Of a DNA stretch of 64,000 nt, positions 21,313-32,859 are shown piece after piece. This stretch comes from an uncultured Methanosarcinaceae archaeon (GTDB taxonomy: Archaea; Halobacteriota; Methanosarcinia; Methanosarcinales; Methanosarcinaceae). The stretch is from positions 32,001 to 96,000 of the forward strand of contig CAWJYV010000002.1 in the NCBI GenBank assembly GCA_963847185.1. Direction: 5' to 3'. The position numbers and the translations under genes were made by a program. Under the pieces are notes generated by a model that saw only the letters and a list, made by a program, of their open reading frames with translations, was not told where the DNA came from and did no database searches. Positions within the stretch are counted from its first letter, which is position 1; the number at the start of each line of letters is the position of its first letter.

Positions 21313-24211
21313 ATGGAAGTTACTATAGGAGTCTATGGCATGACCTGTGGTCACTGCCAGAAAAGAGTAGCTGATGCTATTTCTTCGCTTGAAGGAGTGG
21401 AATCCACTAATGTGGATCTCGAATCCGAACGCGCCATCGTTAGTTTTGACCCTCAAAAAGTAAGCCTTGAGGATATAATAGCAGCTATTCATAAGGCAGG
21501 GTACTCAACTGAAAGTGAAAAGGAAGTTCAGGTAAAGGATCAAGCGGCGCCTTCAGCCAGTAAAGAGCCAGAAAGCACGGTATTAGAAACAGAGATCCCT
21601 GAAGCTCCGAAAACTTCCAAAACTTTAGATACTGCAAAAATTACTTCAGGAGCGCCGGAAGAAGCTTCTCAAACCTGTTCTCTAAATGACACATGTAAGC
21701 TGGCAGAAGAAGGCTCTCAAATCCCAGGTCAGAAACCAGGCCTGAAGGAAATTACTCTTGGAGTCTCGGGTATGACCTGCTCGGCCTGTACCGCAAATAT
21801 TGAGAGAGTATTGAAGAAAAAAGAAGGCGTGGGTTCAGTAGTCGTGAATCTGGAGCTTGGAAAGGCAAAAGTCGGTTTTGATCCCGCTCTTATTTCTCCA
21901 AAGGAAATCGAGGAAACTATAGAATCCATAGGATACAGGGTAGAAAAGGATAGGGTAACTCTCAATCTTGAGGGGATGAGCTGTGCATCCTGTGCTGCAA
22001 ATATTGAGAAAATCCTTAATAAAACAGAAGGTGTGATCTCAACTTCAGTAAATTTCCCTCTTGAAAAGGCAGTTGTAGAATTTGATTCCACCCGCATTTC
22101 TGTCAGGGAAATTATTGCTGCAGTTCAGCGAATAGGTTATGGAGCATCTGTCAGAGCTGAGACTGTGGAATATGAAGACAGAGAACAGATGTTTCGAGAT
22201 GCTGAAATTCACAGGCAAAGAAATAACGTGATTATTGCTGCCGTGCTCGGAATTCCAATATCCCTGGGAAACATGAGCATGATGTTTCCTTTCCTCTCTC
22301 CTTTTGTACCTGCTTTTCTTACAGATCCTATTGTGCTTTTTATAATGTCTACTCTTGTAATTCTCTTTCCTGGCAGGCAATTTTTTGTAGGGACTTTCAA
22401 AGGTTTCAGGCACGGCGTAACAGATATGGATCTGCTGATTGCAGGTGGTACAGGATCGGCCTACCTTATAAGTGTAGCAGCAACATTTTTTGATCTGGGA
22501 CCTGGATATGACACCCTTTACTACGATACAGTAGGTCTTCTTATATTTTTCATCGTACTTGGCAGATACCTTGAAGTAAGGGCAAGGGGCCGGACTTCGG
22601 AAGCTATCCGAAAACTGATGGGACTCAGGGCAAAAACCTCCAGAATCCTTGTAAATGGCGTAGAAAAGGACGTTCCTGTGGAAGAAGTAGTAGTTGGGGA
22701 CGTTGTTATTGTCCGGCCGGGAGAGAAGATTCCAGTTGACGGAATTGTTGTAGAAGGTAATTCTGCCGTGGACGAGTCAATGCTTACCGGCGAAAGTATT
22801 CCGGTAGAAAAAGGTCCCGGAAGTACGGTTATCGGGGCTACGCTCAATAAAACAGGATCTTTTAATTTTCGGGCTACGAAAGTCGGAGCTGATACTGCTC
22901 TTGCCCAGATAGTCAGGCTTGTTGAGACTGCTCAAACCACAAAAGCCCCTATACAGAGAATTGCAGATGTATTTGCTGGCAACTTCATAATAGCCGTGCA
23001 CATTCTTACCCTACTAGCCTTCCTCTTCTGGTTTTTCATAGGTTACTGGCACTATGGTGTATCGGTAGATATGGAAGGAATCAGTCCATTCCTTTTTTCT
23101 CTCCTTGTGGGCATTACTATACTTGTAATCTCATGCCCTTGTGCAGTGGGGCTTGCAACTCCTGCGGCCATTATGGTAGGTACAGGCAGAGGTGCGGAGA
23201 ACGGAGTTCTTATAAAAGGTGGGGAAGCTCTTGAAATGGCACACAAACTTGACACTATAGTTTTCGACAAAACAGGAACCCTCACGGAAGGCACTCCAAA
23301 ACTCACAGATTTGTTTGCATCCCCCGGTCATGAAGAGAAAGAGGTTCTTTTTATAGCTGCAACAGCTGAGAAAGGATCGGAACATCCCCTGGGAGAAGCT
23401 ATCGTAAAAGGAGCTGAAGAAAGGAACATTAGCCTTGAAAAGGCTGAAAACTTCCAGTCCGTTCCAGGGAAAGGAGTAGAAGCTTATCTTGAAGGAAAGA
23501 GAATTTTGCTCGGCACTCGCAAACTAATGGAAGAAAATAAAATTCCCTTTGAGAAACTTGAGCCCAAAATGCGTGCATTTGAAGAAAATGGGAAAACCGC
23601 AATGCTTGTAGCTCTCGATAATGAAATCGTAGGTATTGTTGCAGTTGCCGATACCCTGAAGGAAAACTCCAGGGAAGCAGTTGAGACCCTGAAAAAAATG
23701 GGAATAGAAGTTGTCATGATCACCGGAGACAATGCTAGAACAGCCAGTGCAATAGCAAAAGAAGTGGGCATCCCGAGAGTGCTTGCCGAGGTGCTTCCAG
23801 AGGATAAAGCAAATGAAATAAAAAAGCTGCAAGCGGAGGGCAAGCTTGTTGGGATGGTGGGTGACGGCATTAATGACGCTCCTGCATTAATTCAGTCCGA
23901 TGTGGGAATTGCTATGGGAGCAGGCACGGATGTGGCAATGGAATCTGCAAAAATCGTACTTATAAAAAATGATCCCGAGAGATGTAGTCGTATCTCTTAA
24001 GTTGAGCCGGCTTACTATAAGCAAGATCAAGCAAAACCTTTTCTGGGCTTTTGGATACAATACTATAGGCATTCCTATTGCAGCTGGAATTCTTTACCCC
24101 TTCTTCCATAGGATCCTTATCACACCTGAACTTGCTGCCGCTTTCATGGCATTAAGTTCGGTTTCAGTAACTACCAACTCCCTGCTAATGAAAAGAAGCA
24201 AACTTAAGTAA
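21313..24211 (+). CDS. copA: Cu(+)-exporting P1B ATPase with 3 HMA domains; one frameshift near 23975
   Basis: Three GMxCxxC motifs, TGES, CPC, DKTGT, SEHP and GDGINDAP. The C-terminal YN and MALSS motifs lie in the 23969-24211 ORF, joined by removing one C from gatcccgaga. Confidence 0.93.
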
Positions 24212-24252
24212 CCTAGTCAGATAATTTTAGAGTTTAAATATGGAGCAGTCAT

Positions 24253-24516
24253 ATGGCAAAATTCGTATCCGCGGACAACATACCCAGAGTGGCGTTTCTA
24301 TCAAGTGTTGCCACGTCGATTGTGCTTGTGAGCCTTTTTCTTATTGGGGCCCTTTTAACAAATCTTTCCCGTAATGAGGCGGCCTATACCCAGGTTGACA
24401 TAGCTGCAGGCTCAATTTTTGTTTTTGTAATCACCATGATAATTTCACTGTCCCTCTGGCCTAAGGTTATGGATCGGCTTGAGAGTGGGAAGAAAAGTGA
24501 AGAAATTTCACAGTGA
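24253..24516 (+). CDS. Small 2-TM membrane protein
   Basis: Two hydrophobic helices; ggag RBS; directly downstream of copA. Confidence 0.7.
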   Translation: MAKFVSADNIPRVAFLSSVATSIVLVSLFLIGALLTNLSRNEAAYTQVDIAAGSIFVFVITMIISLSLWPKVMDRLESGKKSEEISQ

Positions 24517-24759
24517 TCCATGAATGTATTATTTATATAACTTTTATAAAATTGCACTTCCTCAAGATAATTATGCTAAAATAATTATTTCCCACTATAA
24601 CCCATTTAAAGAACAGTAAAATTGGGTAATCTTATACGGAGAAGCACTGATCTAATATAGTGAACTTTTTAATATATCATAATAGGGAACTTTAATACAC
24701 CATTAGATATCATATCAGATCAGTTATTTTCAATAAATTTTAAGATCAATAACTTAAAG

Positions 24760-25098
24760 ATGAGTGTTTGTATGAGGGAATCTGTCCGAAAACTTGGGCT
24801 CATAGGAGCAGGCCTCTGGGCAATGACCGAAGAAAGAATAGATGAGCTTGTAAAGGACCTGGTTGATAAAGGGGATATCAGTAAGGAAGAAGGTAAAAAA
24901 GTCATCCAGGATATGGTGGAGGAAAGCAAAAAACAGAGGGTTGATCTTGAAAAGAAAATCTCTGAAAAGATTCAGGATACTGTCTCAAAAGCAGATGCCT
25001 TTGCCAAAAAAGATGTGCAAGAACTGGAATCAAGGATAGATGCCCTGGAAGAAGAAATCCGAAGGATTAAGAACAAAGAAAAGATGTTTTTTAAATGA
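24760..25098 (+). CDS. Phasin-like (PHA granule-associated family) coiled-coil protein
   Basis: Pattern LIGAGLWAMTEERIDELVKDLVDKGDISKEEGK...ELESRIDALE; the start may be the Met at 24772. Confidence 0.8.
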   Translation: MSVCMRESVRKLGLIGAGLWAMTEERIDELVKDLVDKGDISKEEGKKVIQDMVEESKKQRVDLEKKISEKIQDTVSKADAFAKKDVQELESRIDALEEEIRRIKNKEKMFFK

Positions 25099-25150
25099 AA
25101 ACTATTTTTTAAGTGAGTTTTCACTTATTTTCCATTTTGACACCTTCGAT

Positions 25151-25426
25151 TTAGACTTTTTCTATCTCAACGTCTTCGATTTCTATATCCTCACCAAGAC
25201 TTACATTTTCAAGTAAGTTGTCAAGGCCTTCCATATCTGAATTAAGCTCATTGATTTCTGCCGGTGTAAGGCCAGTTAAATTTTCGGAAGAGTTATTTCC
25301 AGTCTCATCAACATCAGGATTTACTCCTGTGTTTTCTGCTTTTGATGCATCGTTCCCGACACAACCTGACCCTGCAAGCCAGACAAATAAAACTAATATT
25401 ACGAGCAGGTTAGCGAGTTTTGCCAT
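25151..25426 (-). CDS. Small acidic lipoprotein
   Basis: Lipobox-like signal MAKLANLLVILVLFVWLAGSGC; ggagg RBS upstream of 25426. Confidence 0.75.
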   Translation of the reverse strand: MAKLANLLVILVLFVWLAGSGCVGNDASKAENTGVNPDVDETGNNSSENLTGLTPAEINELNSDMEGLDNLLENVSLGEDIEIEDVEIEKV

Positions 25427-25500
25427 TTTCTGCCTCCTCAACTTTATGATCCTTCTCCAGCGAGAATTCAATCTTATCTCCGAATTATTTTTGTTTCTCC

Positions 25501-26601
25501 TTAAGAAGCGGTCTGTTCAATGACAAGAGTGCCATTTGCAATTGATGAGTTATTGTCAGTATAGGTTACACTTTTAGTATCGTCAAAATCGATTTTTAAG
25601 TCACTATCAATACTAGTTATATTAGTTAACACAGTATTATGCATTTTAAATTCATCGAAGAGCTCTCTAAGTATTTTATTTGCTTTATTGATATCAGTGA
25701 GAGACTGACGCAAGTAATTATTTGCAGTTTTCATATCTTCCTTGGTGACATTATCAGAGCTGTAAATAGAATCTGCTTTTTCTTTCTTTTCCTGTGCAGA
25801 TCTGATATATGAATTATAAGTGGTAAGCTTGGTTTCAATATCTGAGGTTTCAGCTCCGGTTTCGTTCAGTTTCTCTAAATCAGTTTCAAGCTTTTTAGAA
25901 AGGATTTCGGATTTTTCAAGAAATTCTCCGATTTTTTCACTGACAATCTCTCCTGAACCCTCAAGACTAATTTTCCTTGCATCATCCCAGGTTTCACGTA
26001 CAGATCTGATCGTAACCAGAAGCTCTTTCTGACTGGAAGCATTCTTAACTTCTGCCTTTTCAGCTTCAAGCAGTTTAATCCTTTCGTCTATGGCAGCGAC
26101 TTTTTTGTCTGTTCCACTGCCATTTGAAGCTTCCATGTTGCTTTTTACAGTTGAAAGGTGAGCTATCATGTAACTGATGCTTGCGTTAAGGTAATTCTTT
26201 GTAGCATTTAAAGCCTCTTCAGAATTAAGGTTAAGTTTTCCGGTCTGGATATTGTTTTTTATTTCCAGGAAATCTTTTTTTGCTTCCTGATATTCCTTCT
26301 TCTGGAGCTGGAGTTCTTCTTTTATTTCGTTCTTATCTTGTTTTGAAATTTTTTTCTGGTTTTCTATCTCTAGATTATCCTGAAGTTCTTCCGGTTCCGG
26401 CTCAGAGCCGTTGCTACCATTTTCACTTTCATTTTCACCTGTGTATGTATCCCCTGAATTTTCGCGCATGTACTGATTATGGTTTCCATTTCCCTGCTCA
26501 GAAGAACCCTTAGCAGCCAGGGCACTTCCCGACAGTACACAAAGTAATGTTAATATGATAGTGAAATAAGCCAGATATCGTACGATTCGTATTTTTTTCG
26601 T
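25501..26601 (-). CDS. Secreted coiled-coil protein; the signal peptide lies upstream of the ORF-track start
   Basis: The frame extends without stops to ACG 26601, reading (M)KKIRIVRYLAYFTIILTLLCVLSGSALAAKGS..., just after a gggggaag RBS. Confidence 0.75.
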   Translation of the reverse strand, partial: TKKIRIVRYLAYFTIILTLLCVLSGSALAAKGSSEQGNGNHNQYMRENSGDTYTGENESENGSNGSEPEPEELQDNLEIENQKKISKQDKNEIKEELQLQKKEYQEAKKDFLEIKNNIQTGKLNLNSEEALNATKNYLNASISYMIAHLSTVKSNMEASNGSGTDKKVAAIDERIKLLEAEKAEVKNASSQKELLVTIRSVRETWDDARKISLEGSGEIVSEKIGEFLEKSEILSKKLETDLEKLNETGAETSDIETKLTTYNSYIRSAQEKKEKADSIYSSDNVTKEDMKTANNYLRQSLTDINKANKILRELFDEFKMHNTVLTNITSIDSDLKIDFDDTKSVTYTDNNSSIANGTLVIEQTAS

Positions 26602-26817
26602 CTGACTTCCCCCTTTTGGAAGCTATAATATAGCTGTATTGGAGTAAAGAGAATATAAGCATTCTTTCAGAAATGAGCTTAGTTGATGAGCGTAGGTAAT
26701 AATTTAAACTTGATAGAACCTCTGTTTTCTTGATAAAACTTGAATACGCCTTTGTGACAACTGAAATTTCTTTGATGGAAAGTAAAAGATTTATGTCATA
26801 AACCCATTTAACATTTC

Positions 26818-27972
26818 GTGAATTTTAGAAATCTTTGCAGGATCGCCTGTGTTTTCTTTTTCCTTATGTTTTTTCAGGGAAATTCACTAGCGGCCACAAT
26901 TCACGGGACAGTCTATGAGTGGAATAGTTTCACACCTCTTAATAATTCAGTAATTGAAATTAACTCTACTCCGGTACAATCTTTTGTTGCAACGGATGCA
27001 GAATACACCTTCAACCTTACTCCAGGGACCTATTTGATAACTTCTAACTATTTTGAAGGGAACAAACGAGTTTACACAACTAAGGATGCAGTTGTGATTT
27101 CAGATGACGGGGAATATGTTCACGACCTTCTCATGTTTCCAACTTATGAAGAGGAACTCCTGGAACCAGAAGAATTTGAAGTTCCAGACATGAATATTGA
27201 AGCGACATCACCCACAGATGTCACAACCATAGCTCAGGATAACCATCAAACTACCTTTTTAGTTTCCGCTCTCCTGGCCTTAATAGTTCTGTTACTGGCA
27301 GTCTATTTCTTAGGAAAAAGACATAGAAAAAATCCAGGTATGATATCTGGTCCCCCAGGAGAAAATGAAGAGCTAGAAACTTTGCAAGCCGATAGTACTG
27401 TGCCGGACTCGGAATTTTCAGACAATATAAAAGCCGATTCTGTAGAGAGCCCTGCTGAAACCGCTGATATAAGTCAGGAGTCATCTGCAATAAATCCGGA
27501 ATTACCCCCAATAAACTCTGAGTCGTCCGCAGATATTACTGAAAAGGTAAATCATTTAGCTGACAACACTGAAAAGGTAAATCATTTAGCTGACAATACT
27601 GAAAAGGTAAATAATTTAGCTGACAAAAATAAATTTGTGCAGCAAACAAAGCATCATAATCCAGATAGATGGCGTTTTCCCTTCTCAAGTAAAGAGAATA
27701 AATCGAATTCCGACACCCACAAGAATTCCAGAATCAATCTTCCAGAAGACCTCAAAGAACTCCTTGAACTGATCAGAAATAGCGGAAACAGAATTACCCA
27801 GAGAGAAATCCGGAAAAAATCTCCCTATTCTGAATCCAAAGTCAGCCTTATGCTTTCAGATCTGGAACAGAGAGGTCTGATTGAAAAGTTCAAAAGAGGA
27901 AGAGGGAACATAATTCGTATTCCTGATAAGCATATCCATAAACAAACAGAAAATGAGAGTAAGAAGGAATAA
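26818..27972 (+). CDS. Membrane-anchored winged-helix protein (extracellular beta domain, TM, linker, C-terminal wHTH)
   Basis: Signal peptide, ATIHGTVYEW beta-sandwich start, TM helix, and C-terminal LPEDLKELL...ITQREIRKKSPYSESKVSLMLSDLEQRGLIEKFKRGRGN. Confidence 0.8.
   Translation: MNFRNLCRIACVFFFLMFFQGNSLAATIHGTVYEWNSFTPLNNSVIEINSTPVQSFVATDAEYTFNLTPGTYLITSNYFEGNKRVYTTKDAVVISDDGEYVHDLLMFPTYEEELLEPEEFEVPDMNIEATSPTDVTTIAQDNHQTTFLVSALLALIVLLLAVYFLGKRHRKNPGMISGPPGENEELETLQADSTVPDSEFSDNIKADSVESPAETADISQESSAINPELPPINSESSADITEKVNHLADNTEKVNHLADNTEKVNNLADKNKFVQQTKHHNPDRWRFPFSSKENKSNSDTHKNSRINLPEDLKELLELIRNSGNRITQREIRKKSPYSESKVSLMLSDLEQRGLIEKFKRGRGNIIRIPDKHIHKQTENESKKE
27538..27627 (+). repeat. In-frame 30-bp tandem repeat x3 (TEKVNHLADN)
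   Basis: actgaaaaggtaaatcatttagctgacaa repeated three times with minor changes. Confidence 0.9.
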
Positions 27973-28232
27973 GGAGAAGAGGTACTTTACATAATCTCTT
28001 TTGAAAAACCATAAATAGTAAATTATATAACTAAATTCATCCACTAAACAGCAGAAACGGTTAATAATGTTTGAAAGATAAGGCTCCAGACATTTTAATA
28101 TGCCCTTTTTGCTTTCTTACGCCCCGGAATTGCTTTCTTATTTATAATGATTACTTACCGAATATTGCTTGAAATGTATTATAAATTACTATTTAAACTG
28201 CACAAGGTATTATAAACTTCACGAGGGACAAC

Positions 28233-28736
28233 ATGCGAATTTCCATGGATATTGAGCTAAAGGATGTGCCCGGGCAGATGCTTTTAGCCCTCCAGCCTCT
28301 TTCGGAATACAAAGCTAACCTGATAACTGTTTTACATCATCACCAGAAAAGGACTCTCCGAAAAACAGTGCCGGTACAGCTTGTACTTGAAACTACGCCT
28401 GAAAGCATTGAAACAATAAAGGCTAAACTTGAAGAGAATGGGATAAGGGTTGTAAGAGTAGGAGAACATCGCTTCAGAGAAAGCATAAATGTGGTCCTTA
28501 TAGGGCACGTAGTCCATACCGGAATCCAGGATACGATTGATGAGATTGACAGAACTGGATTTGCTGAGGTTGTGGATCTTTCCCTATCCATGCCAGGTAT
28601 TAATCTTCTCACTTCAGCCCTCATAAGAATCGACGCTGTGAGCAAAGAGCATCTTCAAAAAGCGCTTGATATCCTGAAAGACGTCTCGGCAAAAAAAGAT
28701 CTGTTGATGGTGCTTCCAATAGATATCCAGGCATGA
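28233..28736 (+). CDS. ACT-domain amino-acid-binding protein associated with homoserine dehydrogenase
   Basis: ACT motif ELKDVPGQML and VVLIGHVVHT; directly upstream of hom. Confidence 0.85.
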   Translation: MRISMDIELKDVPGQMLLALQPLSEYKANLITVLHHHQKRTLRKTVPVQLVLETTPESIETIKAKLEENGIRVVRVGEHRFRESINVVLIGHVVHTGIQDTIDEIDRTGFAEVVDLSLSMPGINLLTSALIRIDAVSKEHLQKALDILKDVSAKKDLLMVLPIDIQA

Positions 28737-28761
28737 TAAGAATAAAAGGAGATTTGGAAAA

Positions 28762-29766
28762 ATGAAAACAGTTTGCTGTTCGATTCTTGGATTCGGTGCA
28801 ATTGGACAGGGTGTAGCCGAGGTACTCCTGACGAAAAAAGAGTACCTTAAGAGTATCGGGCTCGAAGTAAAGGTTATTGCTGTTGCAGATTCAAAGGGTG
28901 CTACTGTTAATCCTGAAGGCGTAGATCTTGCCGATTGCCTGGCCCGCAAGAGAATAAGCGGTACGGTAGCCCTTGAAGAAATCACAGGACTCGAAGTAAT
29001 AAAATCCATAGAACATGAGCTGGTAATCGAGACCACTCCAACAAATATCGAGACAGGAGGGGCAGGACTCCAGAATATGCTTGCAGCTTTCCAGACAGGA
29101 AAGGATGTCATTACTTCCAACAAAGGGCCTCTTACCCTGAAGTACAGAGAACTTATGGAAAGTGCAAAGGCAGCTGGATCACATTTCAGGTTTGAAGCCA
29201 CTGTCGGAGGGTCGATGCCTATTATCAATCTGGCAAACGAAGCTCTCGCAGGCAATAGAATTAAAAGTATCAAAGGAATCCTGAATGGAACATGCAATTA
29301 TATCCTGACAAGAATGCTGGAGGAAAGGGCAACTTACAATGACATCCTTGTGGAATCCATGCAGCTTGGAATTGCAGAAACCGACCCGACATATGATGTG
29401 GAAGGAATTGATACTGCCTGCAAACTGGTGATTCTTGCCAATGCAATCTTCGGACTCAATGCCACTTACAAAGACGTTAAAATTACGGGAATCACAAAGG
29501 TAACGCCTGAAGCCCTGGAGATGGCTTATGAAAGAGGGCACGTAATCAAACTTATAGGTGAAGTTAGCAGGGAAAGAATCCATGTAGCCCCAAGGCTTGT
29601 ACCCATTAACCATCCTCTTGCGGTTGGAGGAACCCTGAATGTCGCATCTCTGGATACCGAACTCGCCGGGGAAATCACAATTACCGGAAAGGGAGCAGGC
29701 CCACTTGAAACAGCAAGTGCTATTCTTAGTGACCTGATTGAAATTTACGGGGCCGGTAAGAATTAA
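28762..29766 (+). CDS. hom: Homoserine dehydrogenase
   Basis: Motifs GFGAIG, VITSNKGP, FEATVGGSMP, GILNGTCNYIL, DVEGIDTACK and GAGPLETASA. Confidence 0.96.
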   Translation: MKTVCCSILGFGAIGQGVAEVLLTKKEYLKSIGLEVKVIAVADSKGATVNPEGVDLADCLARKRISGTVALEEITGLEVIKSIEHELVIETTPTNIETGGAGLQNMLAAFQTGKDVITSNKGPLTLKYRELMESAKAAGSHFRFEATVGGSMPIINLANEALAGNRIKSIKGILNGTCNYILTRMLEERATYNDILVESMQLGIAETDPTYDVEGIDTACKLVILANAIFGLNATYKDVKITGITKVTPEALEMAYERGHVIKLIGEVSRERIHVAPRLVPINHPLAVGGTLNVASLDTELAGEITITGKGAGPLETASAILSDLIEIYGAGKN

Positions 29767-29849
29767 AATTCAATTGGAAATTCTCTTACTGGAATACTTA
29801 CTGAATACTACTTGCGAAAAAACAATAAAAGAAAAAATCTGTGTGGACT

Positions 29850-31556
29850 ATGACAAGCTTCAGGGAATTTGCAGAAACCTGCCAGGCAATTGAAAAAATC
29901 TCGAGCACAATTGACACCACAAGTAGAGTTGCCGATCTCCTTAAGAGAGTTGATGTAGAAGAGCTCCCCCTTGCGACTCACTTTATTATGAGTGAGGTTT
30001 TTCCTGCCTGGAGTGGAGAACAGCTGGGAATTGGCACGAGTTTACTGTATGTTTCCCTCTCGAAAGCCTCAGGAATGTCTATAAAAAGCATAGAATCTCT
30101 GATTCGGACTACCGGGGATATAGGGGATACTGCGCTTCTTATTTTGAAGGAAAAACGGAAAAATCAGGTTACTTTCTCTTCTTTTCTTGAAGAACAGCCA
30201 GAACTCTCAATAACGGAAGTTTACCAGCGTTTCAAGACGGCTTCCGAAGCGACTGGAAAAGGCTCGCAGGAAGTTAAAATCAAGAACCTTCAGTTCCTCT
30301 TTACCTCCTCGACCCCAAGGGAAGCAAAGTATATTTCCAGGCTTGCACTTGAAGAGCTCCGCATAGGAGTAGGGGAAGGAGTTGTAAGAGACGCTATTGC
30401 AAAAGCCTTTTCTGTGCCTGCAGACATTGTTGAACACGCCTTCATGGTTACAAATGATCTCGGCATAGTGGCTGCAACTGCCAAAAAGGGTGGAACAGAA
30501 GCCCTGGGAAGCCTGGGAATTGAAATCAACCGTCCAATAAAAATGATGCTTTCACAAATCAGCCCTGATATCGATGCAGATATTAGAGATATGAAAGAGG
30601 CTGCAATAGAGTGGAAATTCGACGGAGCGAGGGTCCAGATCCACAAAAATGGAAATTCAGTTAATCTTTTTTCACGAAAACTCGAAAACGTCACGAATTC
30701 CCTTCCTGATCTTGTTGAAATAATAAGGAAACACATAAAAGCCGAGTCTGCAATCCTTGACGGAGAAGCCGTTGCTGTAGATGAAAATGGGAAGCCTAAA
30801 GCGTTTCAGGAAATCCTTAAACGTTTCCGGCGCAAATATGATGTTGAAGAGAAAATGCTTGGAATTCCCATCCAGCTCAACCTTTTTGACATCATGTACC
30901 TGAACGGAAAAACCCTGATTGACCTCCCTCTTCTTGAACGTAGGAAAGCACTTGAGTCCTGTGTTGAGAGTTCTGTTGAGGATTCAAAATCCATCTGCGT
31001 GGACAGACAGGTGATAACCGGAGACCTCGCAGTTATGGATAAGATCTACAGGGAAGCCTTAAAAGCCGGGCACGAAGGCGTCATGGTCAAAAATCCTAAT
31101 TCTGTTTATTCTCCTGGCAAACGCGGCAAAAACTGGCTCAAGAAAAAACCCCTTATGGATACTCTCGATCTTGTAGTAGTGGGAGCTGAATGGGGTTTTG
31201 GCCGCAGGGCAAACCTGATAGGCTCTTACACTGTTGCCTGCTATGATCCTGACACTGGTAGATATTTACAGGTAGGTAAAGTCGGTACAGGTCTTAGCGA
31301 TGATCAGCTAAAGGAGCTCACAGAAACACTTTCCGGCTTAATGGAAGGCGGAGAAGCAGGCGGAGTGTTTGCAGTCAGACCAAAACTTGTTCTTGAAATA
31401 GCCTTTGAGGAAATCCAGAAAAGCCCCAATTATGATTCTGGCTTTGCACTGCGCTTCCCTCGCTTTATCAGCATCAGGGATGATAAAGACCCCGAAGAAG
31501 CCGATACGATCCAGAGGGTAGGCCGCGTATACAGCCAGCAGTTGAAAAGGATGTAA
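29850..31556 (+). CDS. lig: ATP-dependent DNA ligase
   Basis: Motif [11 protein letters not shown], plus ILDGE, FDIMY, EGVMVK, WLKKK and LRFPRF; probable start MTSFREF. Confidence 0.96.
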   Translation: MTSFREFAETCQAIEKISSTIDTTSRVADLLKRVDVEELPLATHFIMSEVFPAWSGEQLGIGTSLLYVSLSKASGMSIKSIESLIRTTGDIGDTALLILKEKRKNQVTFSSFLEEQPELSITEVYQRFKTASEATGKGSQEVKIKNLQFLFTSSTPREAKYISRLALEELRIGVGEGVVRDAIAKAFSVPADIVEHAFMVTNDLGIVAATAKKGGTEALGSLGIEINRPIKMMLSQISPDIDADIRDMKEAAIEWKFDGARVQIHKNGNSVNLFSRKLENVTNSLPDLVEIIRKHIKAESAILDGEAVAVDENGKPKAFQEILKRFRRKYDVEEKMLGIPIQLNLFDIMYLNGKTLIDLPLLERRKALESCVESSVEDSKSICVDRQVITGDLAVMDKIYREALKAGHEGVMVKNPNSVYSPGKRGKNWLKKKPLMDTLDLVVVGAEWGFGRRANLIGSYTVACYDPDTGRYLQVGKVGTGLSDDQLKELTETLSGLMEGGEAGGVFAVRPKLVLEIAFEEIQKSPNYDSGFALRFPRFISIRDDKDPEEADTIQRVGRVYSQQLKRM

Positions 31557-32000
31557 TAGTCCATCTTGAGTAGCCTGATTAATGACTTCTGTCGGCGATT
31601 TTATTCCCAAGGCAGGATCAGGCTAAACCTTAAGTGCTCTTAAAGTTAACATAATCCGCCTCAGGTCATGCGGAGTTTGAATCTACTGTGGAAGGTTTGC
31701 TTGTACTCCACATTCAAAAAATGCTTACTAACTTTCTTATATACATTTATTTCTATGATTAATTTTCATCACTCAGATTAACATTAATTAAACCGATCAG
31801 CTTTTTCATCTATATAATAAAGTTTCAGAGTTTGATACATATCAGGAATTTTAGCATCATTTTAGCAGGCGATCTGAATTTTCTTCCTTTCACTGGACCA
31901 TAAAAATTACAAAAGTGATATCACTCTGTGTGACCACCAAAAGATAAAATGATATATTGTATAAGATAAATTCAATAAGAAAGTAAGAAAAAATATGTAG

Positions 32001-32843
32001 ATGCGGCGACAGGAAATGAACGGCTTTGGAATTTATAATAAAGCGGGAGATAATGTCCAGGCGATATATAGATCAAGACTTCTAATAGAGATACTTTTAT
32101 CATTGAACGAAGGAGGCAAAAAACTTTCCCAGCTGCGTGAAATCACCGGAAGTGCGTCTCAGGCTATTATTCCAAAGCTCAGGAAACTGGAAGCAGATCA
32201 TCTGATCGAAATAAAAGATCGCGAGTACTGTCTAACCTCAACAGGAAAAATTGTGGCTTCGGGAGTAGCTAACTCTTTTGCAACAGTTGGAACGATTAAT
32301 AAATTCAAGCATTTCTGGGCCAGGCACTACCTTGAAGGAATTCCCAGTTCCCTGCTAAATGAAATCGGATGCCTTTACGAGTCTGAAGTCCTCAATGACA
32401 GGGGTATGAAGATTCTTAATGTATATAGTAATCAAATAAAAGTGATTAGAGAAGCAGATCATATATATGGCATATCGTCTGTTGTAACCGAAGGATATGC
32501 TGATTCCATCACTGAAAGAGTGAGAGAAGGAATCCCTATTGAACTAATTGTTCCACTTCATGTAGCAGAAGAATTGAAGCAATCGCCTTATTTAGAAAAA
32601 TTGGCGATGCTGAAATACTGTGAGAATTTCAAACTAATGCTTATGAGCGAAGACATTAAAGTTGGGCTTATTGTTACGGATAAATGCCTGGCCTTAAGCC
32701 TGTACAAAAAAAGCGAAATTGAATACGACATAACTACAGGTTTGTTTAGCTCTGATCCGAAGGCTATTGAGTGGGGAAAAAAGCTTTTTGAGTATTGTAA
32801 GATTCGCTCAGAAGCGAACTTACATGATAGTTACACGCATTGA
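32001..32843 (+). CDS. Winged-helix transcriptional regulator (Methanosarcinales DUF1724-type)
   Basis: N-terminal wHTH (LSQLREITGSASQAIIPKLRKLE), HFWARHYLEGIP and a C-terminal AIEWGKKLFEY. Confidence 0.85.
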   Translation: MRRQEMNGFGIYNKAGDNVQAIYRSRLLIEILLSLNEGGKKLSQLREITGSASQAIIPKLRKLEADHLIEIKDREYCLTSTGKIVASGVANSFATVGTINKFKHFWARHYLEGIPSSLLNEIGCLYESEVLNDRGMKILNVYSNQIKVIREADHIYGISSVVTEGYADSITERVREGIPIELIVPLHVAEELKQSPYLEKLAMLKYCENFKLMLMSEDIKVGLIVTDKCLALSLYKKSEIEYDITTGLFSSDPKAIEWGKKLFEYCKIRSEANLHDSYTH

Positions 32844-32859
32844 TGAAACTTTCAAAAAC

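Noticed and set aside
23969-24211. Separate 80-aa gene or programmed frameshift after copA
   Set aside because: It is the last two TM helices of CopA. There is no slippery heptamer, and it fits the window-wide indel pattern.
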